Shown: piece after piece, positions 49,030 through 59,337 of the stretch
Position numbering within the stretch: the first letter of the stretch is position 1
Layout of the letters: each line of letters opens with the position of its first letter
DNA from: Ginglymostoma cirratum
Lineage: Eukaryota
Direction of reading: 5' to 3'
Length of the DNA stretch: 64,000 nt
Assembly: GCA_024137785.1 (NCBI GenBank)
Contig: JAHRHZ010000218.1
Location: 5,213,307 to 5,277,306, forward strand
Program-made: the position numbers and the translations under genes
Notes under the pieces: model-generated
What the model was told of the DNA's origin: nothing
Database searches by the model: none
What the model saw: the letters and a program-made list of their open reading frames with translations, nothing else

Positions 49030-50910
49030 ACAAAGAACAAAGAACAAAGAACAATACAGCACAGGAACAGGCCGCTTGGCCCTCCAAGCCTGCACCAACA
49101 CTTTTTACCCTTCCATACTAAAACTGTCTTCACTTACAGTATCACTCACGTATCCCTCTTTTCCATTCCTGTTCTTGTATTTGTCCAAGTGCTTCTTGAT
49201 TTCTGCTATTGCATCTGCTTCCATCACATCCTCTGGCAGTATGTTCTAGGCATTCACCACACTTTGTGTGAAAAACTTGCCTCACACATCTCTTTTAAAC
49301 TCTCCCCCTCCCCACACCTTGAATCTTTGTACCCTAGTAACTGACCCCTCCACATTGGGAAAAACCATCATACTTTCCACTCTATCCATGCCACGCACAA
49401 TCTTATAAACATCTATCAGGTCACCCTCAACCTTCTGCGTTCCGGAAAACAAATCCAATCTATCCAACCTTTCTTCATAGCTAGAATCCCCCGTACCAGG
49501 TAATATCCTGGTAAACCTTTTCTGTACTGTCCCCAAAGCATCGACACCCTTCCGGTAGTGTGGTGACCAGAACTGTACGCAATATTCCAACTGTAGCCTA
49601 ACTAAAGTTCTATAAAGCTGCAGCATAACTTTTCTATTCTTATATTCAAAGCCCCTTCCAATGAAAGCAAGCATGCCACAGACTTTTTTTACTACCTTAT
49701 CTACCTGCATTGCCACCTTCACTGATCTGTGGACCTGCACACCCACATTCCTCTGCATATCAATATCCCTGAAGGTTCTGCCATTCACTCTATAATTTAA
49801 GGTTCTTGTGAAGATTTGTAGCTCGGGTTGTGGATGAGGTTGTTGGCTTGCTGGCTGAGCTGGCTGGTTATTGTACAGGCATTTTGCAACCATGCTAGGT
49901 AACATCATCAGTGCAGCCTCCGATGAAGCAATGTCTACTCCACGTGGAATTTATATGTTCCGGTCTTAGACGCCATATACAAACCCATGCAAAAAAGAAT
50001 CGGAAATGACACAACCCAACTTAATAGATCAGATCATATAAATTCCAAGTGGAGTAGACAACATCACTTCATCAGAGGCCGTATTGATGATGTTACCTAG
50101 TATGGTGACAAGACATTTGTACAATAACCAACCAGTTCAGCGAGCAAGCCAACAACCTCTTTCACTGTATAATTTTCACATGTACTTGACCCTCCAAAAT
50201 GCATCAGCTCACATTTGTCTGGATTAAACTTCATCAACAACTTTTCTGCCCATATGTCCAGCTGATCTATATCCTGCTGTATCCTCTGATAAACCTCCTG
50301 ACTATCCGCAACACCACCAACCTTTGCATCGTTTGCAAACTTACTAATTAGTCCAGGTACATTCTCCATCAAATAATTTATTTGGATCATGAACTGCAGA
50401 GGTCCCAGCACTGATCCCTGTGGAACACCATTAAGTTACAATCCTCCATTCTGAAAAGCATCCTTCCACCGCTACCCTCTATCTCCTATGACTAAGCCAT
50501 TTCTGTATCCATCTTGCCAGCTCACCCCGATACTATGTGACTACACCTTTTGTACCAGTCTGCCAGTAGGGACCTTGTCAAAGACTTTACTGAAGTCCAC
50601 GTAGACAACAGCAACTGCTCTTCCCTCATCAATCATCTTTGTCACCTCCTCAAAAAACTCAAGTTAGTGAGGCAGGACTTCCCCCATACAAAACCATGCT
50701 GTCTAACACTAATAAGTCCATTTGCTTCTAAATGCATATAGATCTTGTCCCTGAGAATTTTTTCCAATAATTTCCCTGCAACCGACATGAGGCCTGTAAT
50801 TTCCAGGATTAATCCTGTTACCCTTCTGAAACAATGGACAACACTGGCTATTCTCCAAGCATCTGGGACCTTATCTATGGCCAAAGAAGATACAAAGATG
50901 TCTGTCACTA
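49030..50910 (-). mobile_element. CR1 LINE, RT to 3' end, with (TTCTTTG)n tail
   Basis: QHGFVWGKSCLTNL, ISKFANDAKVGG, LYRTLVRLQLEYCVQFWSP. Confidence 0.92.
49799..50160. mobile_element. Small fold-back element (Penelope-like, family C) inserted in CR1
   Basis: Arms 49836-49966 / 50026-50159, 37-nt unpaired tail 49799-49835, TSD ttcactctataattt (49784-49798) / ttcactgtataattt (50161-50175). Confidence 0.8.
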
Positions 50911-51180
50911 TATTGGAACAGTTACTGTTTAGTAGTAAAATAATGAATTATTCTGTTAAGTTATTCAATAGAGTTAAGTTATTCCAAGTTCCTTTTTCTT
51001 TTGTTGTAGTTTAACTACAGTGTTTGACTAAATTGTGTTTTGCTTATCATCGAGTGGTTTGACCAATCAAATTGCATCTGGAATACAGCACTTGACATTT
51101 ACTTTTAAAATAAGAAAATGTTAGGGTCTAGACTATCTTCTTAATATATTTTGAGGCATTTTGGGCTGGTCCATACAACT
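50910..51180 (+). mobile_element. Possible LTR 3' fragment
   Basis: AT-rich U5-like block ending gggctggtccatacaa; no internal region or matching second LTR seen. Confidence 0.3.
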
Positions 51181-52774
51181 TTTTTGTTAACTGAAGATGT
51201 TGAGAGGCATGCATCAAAGTTGGGAATGTGGAGCTAGGTCACATAGCAATATTGTAATGGAGGGTAGCATATACTCAAAGGGTTAACTGACCTACTCCTT
51301 ATCTTCTTAAAATGCTGAAAGAATGAATTCACTTGGCAAAAACAATAACAACAGGTTATGTTCTTGTCTTAAATGTAGTAAAACAACCCAAGTAGCCTCA
51401 TGGGAGAATTAAAAAATGGAATTGGCTTTGGTCATATAGTAACATATTAGAGCAGATCAGCAGAAGCTTAATCATAAAAAGAGACTTTTGTGAGAGCTTT
51501 AGAACAGGAAAGAGTGGAAGAGACTTAGGTTGAACATTTCCAGAGATTAGGGCCTTTGCAGTTGAAGGCAAGGATGTTCGTGTAAAGTAATTAAAATTGG
51601 AGACACGCAAAAGGTTGGAATTGGAGAAGCAGAGTTGTTGGGCTACTTATGACTATATGGAGGAGCAAAGTCATGAAGGGAATTGAGAATAATGATGCAA
51701 GCCGCTGAGGTCTAGACATGGCGTAACTGGAAATCAATGTAAATCAGCTGAAAGGGACATTCCCTCTCCAATCTTACTGGAAAGGAGTCCAGTCTTTACA
51801 GGTGCACCTCAAGAATTTTTCCACATTTCCTGCATCTCTTTCAGCTAAGAAACAGATTTATTTATTGGGATAGAGAAACAAAACTAGCAGGAATATAAAC
51901 ATAATGAACAAACTGGACTGCCTTTTCAACCCAATGGACCTTTCAGCTTTGCAGTATTTTCAGAATACAAGTCCGAGAACAATTTTCTAACAATAGCTCC
52001 ATCTAGTGCTGTGGTTGATAAAAATCCTTCACTTAGTAGAGCACGTGCTTCATAGGTGTTTGACTAAGGCTTTACAACATCCATCACTTTTATTGTACTG
52101 CTTACCTCACACAGTATCTTATAATGGATAAATGGCACTAATAACTTCCCACCATTTACAAAGGCACCGTTTAAACCACATTAAGCAGCATGGCTCTTTC
52201 AGTCAGGTCACTTTGTTAAAGTGCAATTATTATCTGTCATTAAGTGCGGTGCTGCTTGTATTGTTAGATTTACCAGCTTTCATTTAATCTATACACCAGT
52301 TCTAAAGCATCACAAAATACAACTATGTAATTCTTTGTAATTAAGTTTGATAACAATTCTGGTACACAAGCAAGTCTATTGAACTTTTATCAAATAATCT
52401 TAGTGAACTCAACATTTTATAAAGCTCACTCTCCCACAGAAAAAAACTGTCAGGGAATTATGTGGATCATAGTTCAAGCTGCAAATTCAGCTCTGCGTCA
52501 CCTTCCCCTCTAGCAACCCCTCCACTGTCTTTGATTGGTCAGACTGCTTTGCTTAGCATCCAATAATAAATAACAGACATTACCTCCAGCTAAATACTGT
52601 GAAATCTAAAACCATTGTTACTCAGTTTGGTTCTTAATTGAGCATGACACCAATTTTTAAGCCTATTCAACCAGCCCAATTATCAGAGGAAACACTTGTT
52701 TCTTGTTTATCAAAACCTCTCATCACTTTGAATTAGGTCTCTGCCTAACCTTCATCTATTTCAATTAATTACTC

Positions 52775-54190
52775 TGAACATAGGAGCAGAAGCTGGTCAT
52801 TCAGTACCTTGATCCTGCTCTGCCATCACAGCTGGTGTGTTTGTATTTTGAATTCTGCATTCCCACCCACTTTGATTCCATTTCCTCACAAGAATATATC
52901 AACCTCCACCTTAAAAATATTCAATGACCACCTCTCCCCCCAACTCAAGCCTCCGGCATTTATTGAGGCAGGGATTCCCAAATGCATACAATCCTCTAAG
53001 AGAAAAATATGCTCTTTATCTCTGTCCTTCTAATTCTGAAAGAGTCCTCCCAAAGTTCAGGACTCACCCAGAAGAGAAAACGTTGTTTCCACATCCACCA
53101 TGACAAACCATTTAGGATGTTAAACACATCAATCAAGTCACCCCCTCCTCTCTAACCTCCAATGAAAACAAGTCCTGCCAGCCCAATCGTCCTTCAGAAG
53201 AAAGCTTGTTCATTACAAGTATCAATCTTGTAAATCTCTGAACTGTCTCCAACAGATTTACATCCTTCCCTAAATAATGAGACCAAACGTACACAATACC
53301 TGAGATGTGTTCTCACCAATGCCCTGGTTAACTGAAGCGTAACAACCTTACATTTATGTTGAATTCCTCTTGCAATACAGGAAGTATTCCATTAGCTTCT
53401 GAATCACTTGCTGTACTTGATACTAGCATTTTGTGACTCAGTAACTTTGGAGTTCACTAGTCATTGTCCATTTAAGCAATAATCTGGTTTTTCATTCTTC
53501 CTGCCAAAGTGAACAAGGAGGTGAATGGGTAATTGTTCCACCTTCTGTGATTCCATGGTAAGGTGCCATGGAGGAATGAGAAAGTATTAGAGGTAGATAG
53601 ACGGATAGGTGGACCATGAATAGTCCTTGCAGAATGCTGACTACATTTTGCTATTGTCTCTTTTCTGCCAGCCAGCCAATTTTTAATCCCTGTTTATTTG
53701 TTATCACTATACCATGTGTTCCTACTTTGCACAATAACCTTTTATATAGCGTCTTGTTGAGTGCCTTCTGGAAGTCCAAGTACAATACATCTACAAGCTC
53801 CCATTTAACTATCGTGCATTTTATACCTACAAAGAACTCCAGGGAATTGGTTAAACAGGATTTCCCTTTCACAAAACCATGCTGAGTCTTTCAATTCCCT
53901 TGAATTTTTCAAATAGTCCACCGATAATTGAAAGTGAGACTCGATCATATAATACTTAGGGGTGCTTTTTCTATAAAGTCGTTAATTAACCTCATTACAT
54001 TACACAATACCGTGATAGTATAATCTCTTCTTTGGCTATTTCCAGAACATATTGCTCTAAAAAGTTAACTTCAAAGCACATGAACTCCTCTTTCAGGCTA
54101 TCTACTTTCTGATTTTTCCAATTTATGTGTAGATTAAAATCTCACATGACTGTTGCTGTCCATTTAGCACATTTGCTCAATTGTTCTTTT
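52775..54190 (-). mobile_element. CR1 LINE fragment
   Basis: KGKSCLTNSLEFF...VDVLYLDFQKALNK; 3' tail at about 52775-52830. Confidence 0.82.
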
Positions 54191-54302
54191 CATTGACTTC
54201 ATCCTAGAAGTAGTGATTTCTTTCCCCTACCACTGTGAGGGGTGAGAGCTGGAGAAATGCTTTATACATCTCCCCTTTTGAAGAGGGAAAGTGTTGTTGT
54301 GT

Positions 54303-54518
54303 TGCCATAGTCTTACTAGATCATGGGGTTGCTCTCTTGTCTGGAGAGAAGTCTGGAGGTGATTTAAACTTAGGGCCACCGTACCTCTTGCAAGGGGAAA
54401 GGTTGAGAAAGGGAGTCTTTCATGGTAACCACAACTGGTGATGGGATTTGAACCTACACAATTGGTATCTCACTGCTTCACAAACCAACCATACAACCAA
54501 ATGAGCTAAACCAACCCC
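54303..54518 (-). mobile_element. tRNA-derived SINE
   Basis: Minus strand GGGGTTGGTTTAGCTCATTTGG (A box) ... GGTTCAAATCCC (B box) ... GGTTACCATGAAAG; second copy at 55990-56172. Confidence 0.7.
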
Positions 54519-55310
54519 AGGAGGGAAAGTAGCTCCTTGGTGAAGCACTAAAGGTGGCACCTTTGAGGAGCGGTAATTATTTTTAGGATTGTGAGAATGC
54601 ATGCTTGTGTGTAAAAAGTGCATAAACCAATTGAGGCTGGCAAAGTTGTCAGGAAAATGTCCAAATAAAGGAAATATCTGGAGTAACAAAATGGTGCCAG
54701 GTGTTTCAGGGTGCCTGTTCACATGAAACCATTAGAAGATTTGTGTTGCCCAACTGCAGGATGGTTAAATGGCATAGAGTGGTAATGCAGGTATAAAGAG
54801 TCATGGCGATGAGTAAATAGGTAGACAATTACATTTAGTGTATCAGAATCACAGAATTATTATGGTGTAGAAGGCAGCCATTCAGCCCATCATGTCTGGA
54901 CTGGCTGTCTGAGTATTTTAACAGCATCATAGATCAATATTTGCATAAGAAATAAATGGTTGAAAGTGAACAACATTTTCAGCCAAATTTTGTTTCTGCT
55001 GGTCTGGTGTTCAATAAATTATCTGAAAAAATTGCAAAAAATTTAGTTGCGCTCATTGGAAGTTCTTATCTTCTAAATTAAGAATAACTAAGAATCTTCC
55101 TTCTAAGTATCTTTCATCAAAATGTCATTCAAATTATGGGTGTGTCTGTGTCAAGACATCAAATAATCCTTAACACTTATGCAGTAATTAGTCATCCAAA
55201 AATGAAAAGTCTGAACATTCAAAGTATCAAAGGACAAGAAAAAGCCATTTGCTTTACTCTGGTTTTATTAACTGTCCGTTTTTCACCAATTTAATCAGGC
55301 ATATTTTTGG

Positions 55311-56583
55311 GATCATCTCTGTTGGTCTAATTTTCCTCTCAGCTGGGATTTTTATAATCACCACTAGATGGAAACAAGCAATTTGTAAACATAAAAACAA
55401 AACTTCCTACAAAAATGCCAGTTGATAAACTTGTTCCTATTTAAATTCCAGTTTAAACATTAGCGAATAATGTATTTAAATATCTGAGTAATTACTCTAT
55501 ACTGGTTAAGACTTGCAGTAAAGTATAGTAATGCACAACTTCCCCTCCATCATTTTAGCAAATATTGTCAATGTTCCTCATATTTTCAGGCTTTATTGCT
55601 CTCTCTTTTAAATCTGCCATTTTTACCTTCGTATAAAAAACACAACTCTTGACCACCATCATTATCATTGCAAATTAGTACCATCTCCATAGTTCCATGC
55701 CTCTCCAAAGTCCTTCAATTTATTGGTATCTTCCAAATCAATTCCTTTCTTCCAGAACTCCAAATTTGAATTTCTCTAATCAGATTTCAATCCTTGATAG
55801 CAACGATTGTTATCAAACTCAAGATAATATCCAACGTAATTGGGGTAAACGTAAACTATCCCACTTCCTTCCTAGCCTGTCTGAGACTTTGACATGTTTG
55901 ACCACATCATCCTCCACCAATGCCTCTTCACTGTTGTCCAACTGGGTTGGATTACAATCGCAGAATTCCATACTTATGGATCTAATTATGGGTCAGTTAG
56001 TTCAGTTGGCTGGACAGCTGGTTTGTGATGCAAAATGATGCCAACTGTGTGGGCTCAGTTCTTGTACTGGCTATGGTTACCATGAAAGTCTAACCTCTCA
56101 TACTCGCCTGAAGTATGGTGACCTGTGGGTTAACCACCACCAGCCGTCTCTAATGAAAGAGTGACACTATGGTGCCATTGATCTGAAGGGCTTTGGTGAG
56201 GAATGGGATTATGGAGATGGGCAGTAGTTTGCAATAATAATAATGGTGACAAGAGTTGCTTTTATTATCAGACAGTGAAAGTGGTAGATTTAAAGGACAG
56301 AGCAATAAAACCTGAAAATAAGAGAAACATTAACAATATTTGCTAACATGATGGAGGGGAAGTTGTGCATTATTATGTTTTACTCTAAGATTTAACCAAT
56401 ATAGATTAATTACCCAGATATTTAAATTCATTATTCGCTAATATTTAAGCTGGAATTTAAATCGAAACAAGTTTATCAACTCTTGTAGAAAGTTTTGTTT
56501 CATGTTTACCGATTGTTTGTTTCCATCTAGTCGTGATTATGAAAACCCGAGCTGAGAGGAAGGTTAGACCAACAGAAGTGACC
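55311..56583. repeat. Long inverted repeat: arms 55311-55730 and 56171-56583
   Basis: Manual reverse-complement alignment, roughly 80% identical by eye, e.g. atttaaattccagtttaaacattagcgaataatg versus cattattcgctaatatttaagctggaatttaaat. Confidence 0.92.
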
Positions 56584-57480
56584 TTTTTAATCTAATCATA
56601 TATGAAAATATCACTTCCAATGACCTCTCTTCCTGCCACCTGTCATTAGCTCTGGCGTCCTATAAGGATTTATCCTTGTCACTCTCCTGTTTCCCATCTA
56701 CATGCTCACCTCCAGCAACATCTGAAAACATAGTATTAGTTTACATATGCATGTTGCTGGCCATCAGTTCTAACTTACCACATCAGTCCACCCTTCCATT
56801 TCTGCTGAATTATCAGACTGCTTCTCAAACAAGCATTCCTGAATGAACTGAAATTTGTTCCAATTAAATTTCTGAAAACAAATCATTCGTTTCAGTCACT
56901 GAATCCTAAGCTACTGAAACCATCCTTTCTCCTGGCAATGCTTTGAGACTAAACTATCCTGTTCATAATTTTGCTGACCGCACAGTCACATTATTGCTAA
57001 GACTGCCTACCTCTGCTCCCTTAATATTGCCTGAATTCACCATGCTTCATCTCATCTACTGTTAAATTCCTTATTCTCATTTTCTGCACCTCTAGAGTTG
57101 ACTACTCAACATACTGCAGACTGAACTCCCACATTCTTGAAGTAAATTTGAGGTCATCTAAGACTCTGTTACTCATGTCCTAACACACAGAGTCTCTTTC
57201 ACCTATCTCTGTGTTTGTTCACCTATATTGATCAAACAATGCCTTCTTTTAAAATATTCACTCCCTGTCTGTGTAATCTCCACCAGCCCCACAACCCTCT
57301 TCACACAAATATCTCTGCTAATTAAATCTGGTCCCATGAGCAGCCCCAATTTTAATCACTTCCCCAATGTAAGTTTACACTTGCCTAGGCCCTAAAGCTC
57401 TGTAAAATCTCATAACACCTTTCCACTTTACTTCTTCCTTTAAGATATTCTGTAAAATCTACATTACCTTAAATGTGTTT
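55600..57480 (+). mobile_element. Old L2 LINE, interrupted at 55990-56589
   Basis: Decayed ..NY.PIS..P.LSK.L, FD..DH and SGV..G.IL..LLF.IYM motifs continue across the insertion. Confidence 0.6.
55990..56172 (+). mobile_element. tRNA-derived SINE (same family as 54303-54518)
   Basis: GGGTCAGTTAGTTCAGTTGG head, GGTTACCATGAAAG body. Confidence 0.7.
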
Positions 57481-57911
57481 TATAAATGTTGAATTTTATT
57501 TTGCTGTTGTTGCATATAAACATTCCTGCTTCAGTTATTAAATTATAGGTAAGCACTAAGGGCATTTTGATCCAGTTCCACAGTAATGAAGACAATGTTA
57601 AATTATCCATTATATTATTTTAAAAAGTACTGCAATGTGATCAATCTAAGTAAACACTTCGGATACAAGCATCTAACAAAACTTATTCCAATGCCTGTTC
57701 AGTATAGATCATTAATAGATCATTTGATGCTATCAAGAACAATATCTTTATTGCAATCATAATTTGGCATAAAATTTGTCGTACATTTTAGTCAAATATT
57801 GGCATTTAATGATAATTTTTAATGTCAAATTGTCAGTAATCTGAAACAAAATCAATTGCCAATTCTGGATCCATCAAGTTTATTTATTTTGCTGACCATA
57901 TAAATTCAGTG

Positions 57912-58506
57912 ATAACAAGGCGTAAAGCTGGATGAACACAGCAGGCCAAGCAGCATTGGAGGAGCAGGAAGGCTGACGTTNNNNNNNNNNNNNNNNNNNN
58001 NNNNNNNNNNNNNNNNNNNNNNNNNNNNNNNNNNNNNNNNNNNNNNNNNNNNNNNNNNNNNNNNNNNNNNNNNNNNNNNNNNNNNNNNNNNNNNNNNNNN
58101 NNNNNNNNNNNNNNNNNNNNNNNNNNNNNNNNNNNNNNNNNNNNNNNNNNNNNNNNNNNNNNNNNNNNNNNNNNNNNNNNNNNNNNNNNNNNNNNNNNNN
58201 NNNNNNNNNNNNNNNNNNNNNNNNNNNNNNNNNNNNNNNNNNNNNNNNNNNNNNNNNNNNNNNNNNNNNNNNNNNNNNNNNNNNNNNNNNNNNNNNNNNN
58301 NNNNNNNNNNNNNNNNNNNNNNNNNNNNNNNNNNNNNNNNNNNNNNNNNNNNNNNNNNNNNNNNNNNNNNNNNNNNNNNNATGAAGGGTCTAGGCCCGAA
58401 ACGTCAGCCTTCCTGCTCCTCCGATGCTGCTTGGCCTGCTGAGTTCATCCAGCTCTACACCTTGTTATCTCAGATTCTCCAGCATCTGCAGTTCCTACTA
58501 TCTCAC
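57912..58506. mobile_element. Penelope-like fold-back insertion spanning assembly gap 2
   Basis: Inverted termini; perfect 12-bp TSD ataaattcagtg (57900-57911 / 58507-58518). Confidence 0.88.
57981..58380. other. Assembly gap (400 N)
   Basis: Run of N. Confidence 1.
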
Positions 58507-59337
58507 ATAAATTCAGTGCCCACTTTATCCACATCTTTGATCTTCTACGAAATATTCTGAAGTTTTGACAATTACTGTCATAATATTTACATTTAAAGTT
58601 TCTGTTGGTATACTAGCAGTCTATTTAAGAATATTCAACCATCTCCTTTTGGTGCTTCATTGTACATTTTGCTCCATTTAATACTGGATTCTGACAATAT
58701 TACATGGCATCAGTTCCACACAACTTTATCAACAGAGTTAAATTCTAATCTCTGATCTCAGTTGGGACTAATTAATCTTCTGTCTATATCTTCAAGCTCT
58801 GCATACAGGCTGCAATTTTAATTTTCCCAGATTTTGAGAAACAAATGGTGAAAAAGGACTTCATGTGGGATTTTCTACCAGAAACTGCTGTCAGAGAGCT
58901 ACAAATCTAGAGTATCGCAGGCCTGTGTAAGCAGAGCATGCAGCAATATGCTTCCTTAAGCAATCATAACCAATCATACTGATAAATCAGTAATGGATAG
59001 CAGAGACTAAACAAGGTGCTCTCAGAATAATAAATTCAATGTCAATGTATGTTCAAAATGGAAAGTTAAGAGACGAAGAGAAAGATATGTTGAGAATACC
59101 ACAGAACCCGAAAGAGTAAGTCAATGGCATTTAATTTATTTTTTCTGAATCTCCAATAATTAAAACCTGAAGAAATGATTCTCCACAATTCCATTAGTTG
59201 ATTTTAAACACCAGAGAGATTATTTAGTAGAAACCAAGATTATCATGCTGCAATTATCATGCTTAAACCCACTTTCCAGCTCTTGGTATGTAAACCTGCA
59301 GGTTAACCCTAATTCTCTAACCACTCAAGTACATAGC

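Noticed and set aside
52100-52330. Minus-strand AG|GTAAGC donor with upstream acceptor
   Set aside because: Stops in all three frames across the candidate exon; more likely non-coding.
58831-58926. Strong acceptor (ttttaattttcccag) and GTAAGC donor suggesting a + strand exon
   Set aside because: All three frames hit stops (best is FEKQMVKKDFMWDFLPETAVRELQI*); no recognisable homology or partner exons.
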